DNA of 63,746 bases, filler included, from Octopus bimaculoides (taxonomy: Eukaryota), in NCBI RefSeq assembly GCF_001194135.2. It is 5 parts of 4 records of this genome, joined end to end, with 100 filler letters (N's around TTAATTAATTAA, not from the genome) between each part and the next. Parts side by side here need not be neighbours in the genome. Positions count along the whole stretch, not along the records: positions 1 to 16,731 come from NC_069000.1; 4 more parts are not named here. One strand, given 5' to 3'. Below the pieces are notes generated by a model that did not search any database, was not told the origin of the DNA, and saw only the letters and a program-made list of their open reading frames with translations. The position numbers and the translations under genes were made by a program. Shown piece after piece: positions 1 to 13,689 of this stretch. Numbering within the stretch: position 1 is the stretch's first letter; every line of letters starts with the position of its first letter.

Positions 1-278
1 CACCAACCCTAAAAGTACAAAGTTGACTCCAGTGGCATTTGAACCAGTATGTTAATTATTCTGCCAGCCTTTAATAATGATAATAATAATGGTTTCAAAT
101 TTTGGCACAAATCTAGCAATTTGGAGGACAGAAGCTACTCAATTACATCAACCCCAGATTTTGACTGGTACTTATTTTATCAATTCTGAAGGTATGAAAG
201 GCAAAGTCAACCTTGGTGGAATTTGAATGCAGCGCATAAAAACAGACGAAATGCCACTAAGCATTTTGCCAGCTCACC
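1..278 (-). mobile_element. tRNA-derived SINE, family A (partial copy plus one decayed copy)
   Basis: Reverse complement matches the family-A consensus seen intact at 38716-38930 (GGCGAGCTGGCAGAAACGTTAGC...GTCGACTTTGCCTTTCATCC...TAAGTACC). CpGs are decayed. Confidence 0.8.
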
Positions 279-1050
279 ACCACAACACCTCCACCAACAT
301 TACCAACAATAGCATCAACGTCACCACCAACAACAACAACAATAACAACAGCAACATGAGCATGAAGCACTGCACCCCCAACACTGCTACCAATGCCGCC
401 AACAACACTACCAACACCACTATGAACCACTGCAACCACCACCACTACCATCACCCCCTGCTGCTATCAGTACAATTAAAAACACTATTACTAATATACT
501 AGAGCCATCACATTTCTCGTCACCATCATTACCACCAACACCACCATCAGCAACACCATCACCACTAACACACCAATACCAACAACAACACATCCACCAC
601 CAATTCTACTATCACCAACGCTAACACCACTATCAAGATTGCTGTTTCCTACACCACTGCCTCCAGCACCAACACCATCAACACCATGATGGTAGTATCA
701 AAACCACCACCGATACTACCATCACAAACACCAACATCTATATCAATATCTCTATCACCATCATTGCTACCCCCAATACCACTGCCTCCAACATCACTAT
801 CACCAGCACCAACAATGGCCAACACCATGACACTACTATGAACACCATCACTACCACCACCAATACTACCGTCACAAACACCAGCATCACTATCAACATC
901 TCTACCACCAACATCACTACCACCAATGTCACAACAATACCACTGTCCCCAAACCACCACCACTACCATCAGCCATACCACCACCACCATCAGCCATACC
1001 ACCACCACCACCAACACCACCACCAATACCAACCCACCACCAACTAGAAG
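279..1050. repeat. (ACC/AAC)-rich cryptic trinucleotide low-complexity region
   Basis: Degenerate CAC/AAC/ACT triplets; source of the Thr/Asn/His/Val ORFs. Confidence 0.9.
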
Positions 1051-1599
1051 TAGCAGCCAATTTTTTTTCTCATATCCCACCTGACCATCTTAGAAGAAAT
1101 ACAGAAAAAGAGCACCCTGGATAATGTTGTCCAAGGTGCACTGTGCCTAGGAAAAGATAGAATGTTCACTACAGGTATACTTTTAATTATAGATCTACTT
1201 GATCAGTGCTAACCAAGGGTTGAACAATAGCAACAACAACACCAACAACATGAAACAGTTCTGAAGATTTTAATAAGCAATGAAATTACTTTTACAAAAT
1301 AAACAAAATTAAAAATAAAATTAATGAAGTCAAACTAAAAAAATTACAAAACTTTTGAGGAACAAAAACAAATGATAAATAAGACGGAGAAAAAAGGAAT
1401 TTTAATATATTTTTGTTATATAAATATTTGGGGTTTTTTCTTATTTTAATTATCTGTTTATTTTGATAAATATAATTTATTTATTATTTCTTGTGAAAAA
1501 AAATAATATCAAATTGTTTATAATTTCTTTGTGATTCATTAGAATGTCTCCCATCAGATTTGATTTACATACAACTGTGTTAGTGTGGTGGCGTGGGTG

Positions 1600-1723
1600 G
1601 AGGTGATTGACTGACAAGGTGGTGTGGGAGGAGGGTGAAGTGTTTGGGATAAAAGAAGACAGGCAGATAGACAGATGCATAGGCATAGACAGACAACTGG
1701 ATAGATAGATAGATAGACAACTG

Positions 1724-1781
<58 letters not shown>

Positions 1782-2228
1782 CAGACATAGGTAAATGGAT
1801 ACATAGGTGAATAAAAAGAGGAAGAGAGAGAGGGAGTGATTAGAAGAAAAAAGGAAAAGGTAAGAAGAAACAAACAAGAATGTGGTTTAAATAAATAAAT
1901 AAAATGAAGAAGGAAAATAGATAAGAGAATAACAAAATAAAGAAGAAAGGAAAAAAATAATTCAAAGAGACTGAAAAGAGAAAAATGAAAAAGGGAAGCA
2001 ATGAAAAAAAAAACACACACAAGAAGAAAAAAGACTAAAAAATAAAAGAAGCAAACCAAAAAGGGAAAAAAACCGAAGGAAACTTGCAAAAAATAAATGA
2101 AAGAAAATAATTCAATGATTTCTTTGAAAGAATTTTTTTTAAATGAACATTTTAAATGAATTACTAAAATCTTTAATATGTGTGTGTGTGTGTGTGTGTA
2201 CTCACAGACATTCACATATATTTATTGA

Positions 2229-2279
<51 letters not shown>

Positions 2280-3340
2280 TATAGTATTCACACTCACAAT
2301 AAATATTGTATTTTACTTTTGTTCAATTGATGATTTCAGAAATCTGACAGAAACCGAGGGTAAGTGGGAAGAAATGGAAATGGTGAGACTTGCTGGAAGA
2401 GAGAAATTGAAAATGTGATAGAAAGGAAAGGGGAGAAAATGATTGGAGCAGGGTTGAGATGTTGAGATATAGAGGAGAAGTGGGAGGAAATAGTAAGGGT
2501 TAGCAGAAGAGGAGGAGAATATGAAAGGGTAGAAGCGAGAGATAGACAGTGAGGGGGAAGAAATAGTGATAGTTAGTGAGTGAGGGGAACTGAAAGTAAG
2601 GGAAGAAGAAATGAGAGAATATGATAGGCTGGGATCGAAAGAAAGAGATGTGAGAGTGAAAGAGAGAGGAATAAGGAACATAAAGGGAGTTAGGGGTGAA
2701 TGGTGTAGGATTAGAGAGAGAGAGGAAGTTGGAGAAAAAAGCAATAGTGTGAGATAGAGAGAAGAACAAGAGACAGAAAGAAGAAATGTTAGAAAGACTG
2801 AGAGAGGGAGAGAGAGGTGAGGTGGGAGAAGAAGTATGATTTGGAAGGAAAGAGAGATAGTGAGAAAAGAGCTGATAGAATGTAGAGGGCAGTGAAAGGG
2901 AAGGAGGGGTATAAGAGAAAGAGAGAGAAGAGGAAAAAGAAAGTGAGAATTAGAGGAAGAGGGAAAATGGGAAATGGAGGAGAGAGGAAGTGAGGGTGAA
3001 GAGAGAGAGAGAGAGAGGTGGGGAGCAGAAGGATAAGAGGAAAAAGAGGAGAGTTGTAGAAGGAGAAAGGAAGAGGACGTTTGTGAAACTGAAAGAGAGA
3101 CTGAGGAATAGCAAGAAGAGAAAAAAAGAAGGGAAGGAAATGAGAGAGGGAGAGAGAAAAGAAAATGAGAGAGCAAAAAAAAGAAATGAAGAAAGAAAGT
3201 GTGATAAAGTAATAGAGAACAAACAAGAGACAGAGAGAGACAGAGAGAAAGGGGAAGGGGAGAAAATGACACTAAGATACTAATATACAAAGAAAAAATA
3301 TATAAGTAAACAATAGGAATAATTAACAATGTAACCAATT
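1600..3340. repeat. Polypurine (GA-rich) low-complexity tract including a (GATA)n microsatellite near 1700-1785
   Basis: The + strand is almost entirely A/G over long stretches. Confidence 0.9.
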
Positions 3341-3870
3341 AATAAAGAGTATAAACAATTAATTTAATTACATAAACAATATAAGTTAACAATGAATATA
3401 CAATACAAACAAGCAATAGATAAATAATTAATAAACACTATAAATAAACAATAAATATGGAACAAGCAAAATAGTTTTTTTTAAATTTTGTTTCTTGTAT
3501 TTTTCTTGTCTTTCAACATCATCATCATCATTATTCATACTTAGCAGTATTTTGTCCATCTAAAGGAATGGTATAAGCATGGGAGTGAAGAGAAACAATG
3601 AGAATCTGTATACCATTCCATCAGTGTTCGGTTTTGTTATAACCAGAAATTACTCTGACAAAAGTAGCATTATTATTTTAGGCCGTTCAATTTTTCTCAA
3701 CGAGTCAATGGGCCAATTGAGTAAACCTATCAATAATGAACCTCTAATGACTACTGGAACTACATAAAGGGTGTGCATGTCTGTGGAGTGCTCAGCCACT
3801 TGCATGTCAGTTTCAGATTTACTACAATAAAGAAAAGTATGTAATGACCATTATTTGTACCTTGTCTTAT

Positions 3871-3901
<31 letters not shown>

Positions 3902-3903
3902 TA

Positions 3904-3947
<44 letters not shown>

Positions 3948-4664
3948 AGAAATTGAATAGCAGTTCGATCTATGTTACATATGTTTCAATAGCATGGCAT
4001 TTTATTTATACTTTGTACATTACATCAAACAAAAGACCTGCCACATCATCAAGTAACTGACTGTTAAGGTTGCAAAAGACAACTAATGTTATTTTTGTAA
4101 TTGGAATTGCAGAGTACCTGTTATTTTTAAATAAGTATTCTTAATTTTATAATCAAAAAAGAATGGGAATGTTATTTATTGACTGATAAATTAATTAATA
4201 AATGTTCCATCAGTGTAGGCTAATAACCAGTCATATGTTTAAAGCTACTGAGCAAATAAGCATGTTCAACATCACCTGAACTAACTGATATATATATTCA
4301 TAGGGAATTTGATTTGGTTTAATTAACAAGAGAATTTCCATCACATCATTTTAACATCCTCTTTTCTATGCTTACAATTGGTCTGACAGAATTTGTTGAG
4401 ACAGACTTTCAATGAGTGGATGCCCTTCTTGTCACTAATCCTCACCTGTTTTCAGGCAAGATAATATTTTCCCATGGCCAGACATATTTTTCCTTGGAAA
4501 GCTGGAAGCAAACTATATCACTTGTATACGGGATGTCCATTTACAGGTATCATATAAAGCCATGACAAGGATACACTCAAACACACACATACAGGTGTAC
4601 ATACATGCATACCTACATGTGAGTACATGTGTGTGTGTGTGTGTGTACATGCATATATAACTAG

Positions 4665-4968
4665 CATTCCAGCAGCCACAACAATGAAGGCTCCAGTTAA
4701 TCCAGTCAACGGAACAGCCTACTCATGAGTTAGTGTACAAGTGGCTGAGCACTCCACAAACATGCATGACCTTAATGTAGTTCTCAGGGAAATTCAGCAT
4801 GACACAGGGTGTGACAATGTTGGGTCTCTGAAATACAGGTACTACTCTTTTTTACCAGCTGAGTGGATTGGAGCAATGTGAAATGCCTTGCTCAGTGACA
4901 CAACATCCTACTGGGTATTGAACTCAGGACCTTGTGATTATGAGCCAAATATTCTAACCACCAAGCCA
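4665..4968 (-). mobile_element. tRNA-derived SINE, family B variant (CORE-like middle), CpG-decayed
   Basis: Shares GTGCTCAGCCACTTG, GAAATACAGGTACTACTC and GGAGCAATGTGAAAT blocks with 8163-8490 and 22241-22570. Confidence 0.75.
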
Positions 4969-4970
4969 TA

Positions 4971-5003
<33 letters not shown>

Positions 5004-5012
5004 ATCAAGTTA

Positions 5013-6232
5013 TTAAGAATGAAATGTCTGATTTTCTTACGCACCAAGTTTGATAGTCATTAACCCTGACAATTCTTTGTTTCACAACATTGAAGAGTTG
5101 CATCATCACTTTTCAAAATGCTATTCATAGTATTTGATTATATTGTCAGTTTTCTCTTATAAGTCAATTTTTATGAACTCATGGATAGATAAAAAATTTG
5201 TGTTGTTCATGAATATGAGTTCCATCATAGAACAATGCATCCCAGACAGCTCAGAACATCAATGAGGTGTTCAGTGAAGATGTGGTGAATGAGTGCACTG
5301 TACATCGAAGTTTTGAGAAGTTCCGGTCTGGTGACTTTGCTTGTGAAAATCAGCCCCGTGGTAGACCTGAGACCAAGGTGGATAATAATGAGCTGGAAGC
5401 TGTAGTGGAAGCAGATACATCTCAAACTACATGTGAGTTAGCAACAGGGTTTGATGTTTCAATTCCAACTGTATTGGACCATCTGAAACAGCTCAGCAAA
5501 GTAAAGAATGAGCATCAAATGACACGTCATCTTGAAATTTGCTGTTCTTTGCTGACACAGCATAAAAGTGAACTATTTTTGCATCATATTGTTATGTGTG
5601 ATGAAAAATAGATTCTTTTCAACAATAGCAAGGATTCTGCATGGTGGTTGGATAGAGACAAAATGTCAAAACACAATCCAAAAAAGAATATTCCCCAAAT
5701 AAAGTTAATGGTGTCTGTTTGGTGGTCCAGTGCTGGTGTCATCCACTACAGCTTCATGAGACCTGGTAAGTCAATTAGAGCAGATGTTCACATCAATTGG
5801 ATGAAATGATGAGTGAACTTGCAATTAAACAACCGAGATTGGTCAATAGAGACAGGTCAATGCTCTTGCAAGACAATGCTTAACCACATGTTGCACAAAG
5901 AACGCTACTCAAATTACAGGAACTGAACTTGGAAGTACTCTGTCATCCACCATATTCACCAGATCTGGCACCAACAGACTATCACGTTTTTCAGGCATTA
6001 GACAACTTTTTGCAAGGGAAAAACTTCAAATCTGAAGAAGATGAAAAACAGCCTTTCATGATTTCATCACCTCTTGCTCTCCAGAATTCTTCTCTGCTGG
6101 CATAGATTAGCTACAGATAAAGTGGCAAAATTGTGTTGATAATTTAGGTGCATACTTTGATTAACTGTATTGCTTTTTGCTGAGATAAAGTGAAATAAAC
6201 TTTCAGTTCAAAATCGGACATTTCATTCTTAA
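5013..6232 (+). mobile_element. Mariner DNA transposon, near full length, transposase pseudogene about 5181-6163
   Basis: TIRs TTAAGAATGAAATGTC(T/C)GATTTT at both ends with flanking TA. Translation gives FRSGDF..ENQPRGRP, IVMCDEK*, LLQDNA*PH and HPPYSPDLAPTDYH, with stops and frameshifts. Confidence 0.95.
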
Positions 6233-6318
6233 TAAATATATATNNNNNNNNNNNNNNNNNNNNNNNNNNNNNNNNNNNNNNNNNNNNNNNNNNNNNNNNN
6301 NNNNNNNNNNNNNNNNAT

Positions 6319-7440
6319 ATCATCATCATCATCATCATCATCATCGTTTAACGTCCGCTTTCTATGCTAGCATGGGTTGGATGGGTTGACTGAGGACTGG
6401 CAAGCCAGAGGGCTGTACCAGACTCCAATCTGACCTGACAAAGTAAGTGTAGTGGGTACTTTTTACATGCCAATGGCACGAGGGCCAGTCAGGCGGTACT
6501 GGCATCAACCATGCTTGAATGGTACCTTTTACATGCCACCAGCACGGGAGCCAGTCAGTGTGGTCATTGCACTGGCAATGACCACACTCAAATGGTGCTT
6601 TTTACATGCCACCGGCGTTGGAGCCAGTCAGGTGGCACTGGCAACCATCATGTCCAAATGGTGCTTTTTATGTGCCACCAGCACAGGTGTCAGTCAGGTG
6701 GTACTGGCATTTGACTCAATAAGTCTTCGCAAGCACAGTTTATTGTCCAATGATTGAAGGGTACTCTTAAATGGGCTGGTTATGCTGCACTGGCATAGGC
6801 CACAGTCATGGTCTCACTTGGTTTGCCAGGTCTTCTCAAGCACAGCATATCTCCAAAGCTCTCGGTCACTCATTACTGCCTCCATGAGGCCCAATGTTCA
6901 AAAGTCATGATTCACCACCTTGTCCCAGGTCTTCCTGGGTCTACTTCTTCCAGTTTCCCTCTACTGCTAGAGTGTGACACCTTTTCACACAGCTGTCCTT
7001 ATCCATATGCAACACATGACCATACTAGCACAGTCGTCTCTCTTGCACACCACATTTGATTCTTCTTATGCCTAACTTTTCTCTCATGGCGCTTACACTG
7101 TCATGTATGCACACTGACATTATACATCCAGTGGAGTATACTGGCTTCATTCCTTGCGAGCTTACACATGTCCTCAGCATTCACGGCCCATGTTTCACTG
7201 CCATGTAGTATGGCAGTTCACACACATGCATCATACAGTCTGCCTTTTACTCTGAGCGAGAGGCCCTTTGTCACTGGCAGAGGTAGGAGCTCTCTGAACT
7301 TTGTCCAGGCTATTCTTATTCTAGCAGCTACACTCTCAGAGCATCCACCTCCACTACTGACTTGGTCACCTAGGTAATGGAAGCTATCAACTACTTGTAG
7401 TTTTTCCCCCTGGAATGTGACGAAAGCTGTTCTCTGCACA
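6319..7440 (-). mobile_element. 5'-truncated RTE-clade LINE (RT C-terminus plus 3'UTR with (GAT)n tail)
   Basis: SFHYLGDQVSSGGG..AARIRIAWTKFRELLP..SLRVKGRLYDACV. The 3' end reads GCATAGAAAGCGGACGTTAAACGATGATG on the - strand. Confidence 0.9.
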
Positions 7441-8162
7441 TTTTCAGTGTTTATTGCTCCTTAGCATCTGCCACACACAAAAACTATCTTCCTAATTAGC
7501 CTTCCTTTGATATTGATGCACCTCTTATGTGTCCAAAGCTTACACTGGGTACATCTTATGGAGTTTCTACCTACGCCTTTTCTACAGATTGAGCAGGGGT
7601 ATCTACCTGAAGGGATTTGTGATTTGTCTGCCTTCCTACTTACTAAGACTTTGGTTTTTGTTAGATTGGCTCTGGGATTCTTTCAGTTTCCAATAACCAA
7701 ATCCACTCACAAGGGGCTATAGTAGAAAACACCTGCTCAAGGTGCTGCTCAGTGGCCACATGATTGGGGAGCAAGCTTTTTAACTACTTAGCCACACCTT
7801 CCACTTGCAAAGAAACAGAACAACTAATAAGAAATAAGCTTATAAAGCAACAGAAATCCCAATTAAACAGTTCTGGAATCCTTCACTAATGCCCTGTAGT
7901 GGCAGTGCATATAAACCATCTGAAGACTCTCAACAAGAAAGGGAATATAGAAGAGACACATGGACTCATTATGTGCATGGCACCTCAGCTTTTGTAACAA
8001 ATAGAATGACTGGAATGAAAATCTGTTCAATAAAGTTTTAATATTACTGAAAGTTGGCCTGCAAACAACATCAACAAAAGAAGATATAGTGAAAGTGTTC
8101 TGCTAGCAAATTTGATAATTTGTAGGCCAAGACAAATCTATCTCCCTCTCTACCTGATCATA

Positions 8163-8490
8163 GGAGCACTTTGTCGGTTACGACGACGAGGGTCCCAGCT
8201 CATATGATCAACAGAACAGCTTGCTCGTGAAATTAACATGCAAGTGACTGAGCAATCCACAGACACGTGTACCCTTAACATACTTCTCAGGGAGATTTAG
8301 CATGACACAGAGTGTGACAAGGCCGGCCCTTTGAAATACAGGTACTACTCATTTTTGCCAGCTGAATGGACTGGAGCAATGTGAAATAAAGTGTCTTGCT
8401 CAAGGACACAACGCGTCGCCGGGATTTGAACTCATGACCTTACGATCATGAGCTGAATGCCCTAACCACTAAGCCACGTGCCTTCACCTG
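8163..8490 (-). mobile_element. tRNA-derived SINE, family B variant
   Basis: tRNA-like head (TGGCTTAGTGGTTAGG...GAGTTCAAATCCCGG on the - strand), CORE-like TTGTGTCCTTGAGCAAGACAC, and family-B 3' end. Confidence 0.85.
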
Positions 8491-9007
8491 ATCATAAAAG
8501 GAACTATGAACTATATTTTAATCAAATATATTTTATCATATGTTTCTATCTGTCTACCACTATCAATTGCCTGCTTTTCTTCTTTTTCAGTTCTTATCAT
8601 ATGTAATATAATTAACATGACTTAAATTATTTTGAATTAATGAAAAACAGTTCTGTCTACAAATATCAAGAGTACATATTACAATTGAAATGAAATTAAC
8701 AGAAAAGCAATATGTTTATTAATGTGAGAAAATATATGAAATTCCAGCAAGACTTCTCTTCTCCCTTGAAAAGAAATGGACAGTCAATAATAAACAAACT
8801 AACTAGCTGTTATATTACATATATTATATTGCATATATTACATTATATTACATATACAACCTCATTTTGCTCATGGCAGGCCTCTTCCATTACCTCCATT
8901 CATCTCCCACGATTTCTACCCTTATGTACGTCTTACTTCGTCCTTGTCACAGTGCATCTCCCTCACATATACTCCCATACACTTCACACCATCTGTACTA
9001 CCACCTG

Positions 9008-9135
9008 AAAAGTTCATAGGCTGACCAAGATACTCTTATGGAATGTGATCAAATGAGGTTTATTTTTCAACATAGTCCCCTTTGTGGTTCACACCCTTCT
9101 TCTTCCATTGGTCTTGCAGTGCTTGGATCCCATTG
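9008..9135 (+). mobile_element. Mariner-like terminal fragment
   Basis: CTGAAAAGTTCATAGGCTGACC...TTTATTTTTCAACATAGTCCCC resembles a mariner end; no coding sequence. Confidence 0.45.
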
Positions 9136-9180
9136 GTGATCCTGTTAGTCAAAAAAAGCCATCAATAGTAGATATGACAT

Positions 9181-9575
9181 ACTCTTTACTCCTTACTCTT
9201 TTACTTGTTTCAGTCATTTGACTGTGGTCATGCTGGAGCACTGCCTTTAGTCAAAGAAATCGACCCCAGGACTTATTCTTTGTAAGCCTAGTACTTATTC
9301 TATCGCTCTCTTTTGCTAAAACAATAAGTTACAGGGACGTAAACACACCAGCATCAGTTGTCAAGTGATGCAGGGGGGACAAACACACACATACACATAT
9401 ATATATATACATATATACGACGGGCTTTTTTCAGTTTCCGTCTACCAAATCCACTCACAAGGCTTTGGTCGGCCCGAAGCTATAGTAGAAGACACTTGCT
9501 GAAGGTGCCAAGCAGTGGGACTGAACCCGGAACCATGTTGTTCATTAGCAAGCTACTTACCACACAGCCACTCCT
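9181..9575 (-). mobile_element. tRNA-derived SINE, family C (internal microsatellite)
   Basis: Reverse complement aligns along its length with the intact copy at 56231-56694. Confidence 0.9.
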
Positions 9576-10019
9576 TCAATACTTCAATACTAGTTTCCAG
9601 TTAAGTGGGGGTTTTTTCATGTTGGGAAACAGATAGAGTCAAATGGAGTCAAATCAGGATATTAGGGAGGATGATCAATCAGTTCATAGCTACAGTCATC
9701 CACAGCAGCCATTAAAACCACAATGTGTGTGTGTGTGTGTGTGTATGTGTGTGTGTGTGTGTCTTGTAGTTGGATGACCTCTGACTTTTTAGGGTTTATT
9801 TGCCCTCCGACAGGTCTTCTTTTCCATCCTACATGGTGCCCAAAAACCACCCTGCCCATCAAGCAGGATCAGTGATGTTGCCAGTTTTCTCACAGACACC
9901 CTTCACTTTTTTCTCAGCCCTGTAGAAGAACTCAGATAGTTGGTCCTCCAACCAGACCTTTCACAAAACCCTTAAAGACAAGAACTATTCAGCAGCCCTT
10001 CCTATCTATAGTTTCAGAT

Positions 10020-10394
10020 GAGTGTGTGTGTGTGTGTGTGTGTGTGTTTGTGTTTGAGTATGCATTGTATGTGAATGGATGTGTGCGGTTGCGTATTTGT
10101 ATGTAATGTGTTCAATCATACATTTGTCGGTGGGTGTGCATGTACGTGCATGCATATGTATGCTTGTGTGAGCATTTCTGCATGTGATGCATATATACTT
10201 ATAAGCATATCTGCATGTATGCATATGTCTATGTCTATGTGTGTGTGTGTGTGTGGTGTGTAAGCAATTCTGTGTGTATGTATGAGTGTGTGTGGCGTGT
10301 GTAGTGTGTGTGAGTGCGTAACTGTGTTTGTTTCTGAATGTATGTCCATATGGATTTGTAGTGCATTGGTGGGGAGGTTGTGTGTATGTGAGTG

Positions 10395-10448
<54 letters not shown>

Positions 10449-10658
10449 TAATGACCAAATCTATATTGGTTATAAAAGGATGTTTATTCACATTGAGTGA
10501 TTCTTTTCTTCAAGGTGTGCAAAGAGGTTAATGTGCAATGAACTCATTGCTCTGTAAATATAATCATAATAATAATCGTATAATTAATAAGACGTGTAAC
10601 AGTCATAGTGATGATGATGATGCTGATGACAATGATGATCACAGTCATAACAGTTATT

Positions 10659-10718
<60 letters not shown>

Positions 10719-10734
10719 CTGCTGCTGCTGATGG

Positions 10735-10766
<32 letters not shown>

Positions 10767-11210
10767 CTACTACTGTTGCAGCTGATGATGATGATGATGA
10801 TGACAACAATGAATTGCTGATGGTGATCATGTGATAAAAATGATGATGAGGAGGAGGAGGAGAAGGAGGAGGAGGAGAAGGAGGAGGAGGACGATCGCGA
10901 CAATGATGATGACGATGACAACAACAACAATGACAACAACAACAATGACATCAACAACAACAACAAGGACACCAATGATGCTAAAATGATGACATTGATG
11001 ATGATCATGGCGAAGTTAATGATGTTGATGGCAATCATGTTGATGATGATGATAGTGACAATGATGATGATGATGATGATCATCATCATCATCATCATCA
11101 TCATCATTGTCACTATCATCATACTGATGGTGATGATGATGCCAATGATCATGATCATGACAATGATGATGATCATGATGATGATGATGACGACTGACGA
11201 ATGACGATAA
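10020..11210. repeat. (GT)n-rich followed by (GAT/GAC/GAG)n microsatellite fields
   Basis: Directly visible simple repeats. Confidence 0.95.
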
Positions 11211-13033
11211 AATATTTGGGATTGTGCTTCATTTACCACAACAATCCTTCATTAAATCAATTTTAAGTGTTTCTATTGTTATTATGATTCACCAGATATT
11301 CTTCTGATAAAACATTTTCAAACTGGTTCCATTTTTCTTCCTCTTTTTTTTTTTTTTGGCTTTTAATATTATTGTTGTTGTTGTTGTTGTTGTTGTTGTT
11401 TTGATTTCTATGTTTTTATATGCTTTACTCTGTATGTATCGGAACAGGATTGGGCTGGGAGTTTTTGTATTTGTATTTTATGAGTTTTTTGGGGTTCTTT
11501 TTTTTTTTTACAATCTTCTTTTTCTTATTTGTTTCATTTTCTTCCTTTCTTTCTAATCCAAACAAGCTTTATGATTAAACTCCACCCAAAACACAACAGA
11601 GCTGACCAGAAAAACAGAATGGCTTTCAAGGAACAAACATGGCTGATGACAAGATGGCTTAGCATTATTCATTTTTCCATTAATTATTAAAGGATGCACT
11701 CAATAAAAGTAGCCTAATTTGATTGCTAGTTATGTTGTTGTTATTTTCCCTCCAATTTTTTTCATGTTTTATTCATTTTCTCTGGTTATTTTATTGATTG
11801 TTTTCTTTTCTCTCTCTCCCTCTTCTGTATTTGTCTTGAAATTTCATTCAATTAGACTGTTCATTTATATTGTCTTCTTCAATCCAGTTTTCAAACAAAC
11901 TGCGTTCATATTCCTGTCACATCTCATGGATATTGCTTTCCATTTTGCTCGTACAAATGGCAGAGAAGATTATTAAAAGCAAATAACAGGATTATTTTTT
12001 TTTATTTAAAATTTTGCCCTTCATTTAATTTTTCTTTTTACTTTATTCAATGAAGGTCATATTATTTTTTTTCTTTTTAATTATTCCCACCACTATAATT
12101 TTTTTTTTTCCTTTCTTATTCCTCTCTGAGGGCTTTCATTTTAGATTTTGGTTTTGCTTTCAATTTTAGTTTCTGTCCATTGATGCAAAAATTCTCCACC
12201 AAAAATTTAGTTTTGTCAGGTTCTTTTGTTTTTTTTTAAATTATACATTTTGTTTTAGCTTTTAAAAGGGAATGAAACATAATTATAAAAGAAGGTTCAT
12301 CCATTATTAATTGATGGATTTTAGTTATTACTATTTTAAGAGACTTTGCTATAATACTCTTGAAGGCAACAAATAATTGCTAAATAAGAAAATAGAATTG
12401 AAACTATTTAAGGAGTTCATATTATTATCACTTAAAACTCTTTATTATTAAACTCTTCTTTATGAATTTAACTATTGTTTGTAAAAAGAAAGTAACTTTA
12501 CAAAACAATGTCTCTTTAATATTCTTTAGAACTTTGCTTTATCAATAGGCATGCGTGTATTTATTATCAGCGGCATTTTATGTCCATTTGCACTCAATAC
12601 CTGCACACTGCTTCATCATCTGTCATATACATTAACAGAGAAAAGCAGTTAATCTTTGTCATTGTGTACGTAATGCTTATCTGATATGGATGTTGCAACT
12701 AGATGTCCATCTTGTCTGGCTTGTAGCAGTTTCTTTTCAGATTTACTGTTCTCTTAGGCGGGTTCCTTTCATTGTGACTTACAGAATTTACATCTTCTTC
12801 ATTATGTGTGTATGCACGTGTGTGTGTGTGTGTGTGTATGCGTGTATGTGTGAGTGTAGGGCATGGTCTAGTGGCGAGAATATTTGGCTCAGGATCACAA
12901 GGTTCTGTGTTCACTTCCTGGACCAATTTGCACATTTATTCATTAGCAAGGATTCTCATTTCATGTTGCTCCAGTTTACTCAGCTCTAAATGAATACCAA
13001 CAGATTAGTATTACAACTCTCTCTCTTTCTCTC

Positions 13034-13101
<68 letters not shown>

Positions 13102-13393
13102 CATATATCACACTATGAGTATTCTACAGGGTCAAGATTGCAGGAGTTGAATGTTTATAGTTACTATGACAACATAGTATGCACCTATCCATCTATCTAT
13201 CTATCTATCTATCTATCTCTTCTCACGGACGTGCNNNNNNNNNNNNNNNNNNNNNNNNNNNNNNNNNNNNNNNNNNNNNNNNNNNNNNNNNNNNNNNNNN
13301 NNNNNNNNNNNNNNNNNNNNNNNNNNNNNNNNNNCGTTTCTCAATTTGGTCTAACATGCTTACTTGTATAAGCATATTCATGTTATGTCTGTA

Positions 13394-13602
13394 CAGTAAT
13401 CCTTCGACTATCTCGGGTGTTACGTTCCAAAACCCACCGCGATAGGTGAAAATCTGCGATGTAGAAACAGTACTGTACTGTATTTTTTAATTATCATTTT
13501 TTATAATTTGTATATGTTTATTTTATTATAAATGCAAAACAACACCACGGAGGAATCGATGTAAGCTTAAATAATAAACCGCGATATGGCGAGGTATCAC
13601 TG
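13394..13602. mobile_element. pogo/Tigger-like MITE
   Basis: TA|CAGTAATCCTTCGACTATCTCGGG ... CCGCGATATGGCGAGGTATCACTG|TA: imperfect ~23-bp TIRs, TA target duplication, 209 bp. Confidence 0.8.
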
Positions 13603-13689
13603 TATTTGTAGAAGGCTGGCTAAACTGTTAAACCGTTAACAAAAACAGAAAAAACAGCTTGCTGGGTGTTAACAACTGTGTAGAAAAGG

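Noticed and set aside
227-1080. Thr/Asn/His- and Val/Gly-rich ORFs resembling mucins or membrane proteins
   Set aside because: Translations of cryptic trinucleotide repeats; no splice or homology support.
2313-3338. 341-aa Ser/Leu/Phe ORF
   Set aside because: The polypyrimidine strand lacks stop codons by composition.
3565-3619. 11-bp inverted repeat GGAATGGTATA/TATACCATTCC
   Set aside because: Short arms with a long loop; compatible with chance in AT-rich DNA.
10538-11239. Poly-Asp, poly-Met and poly-Ile ORFs
   Set aside because: (GAT)n microsatellite translations.
12599-12617. Possible - strand 19-nt micro-exon (GACAG|ATGATGAAGCAGTGTGCAG|GTATTG)
   Set aside because: Splice-like signals only; too short to distinguish from chance without RNA data.
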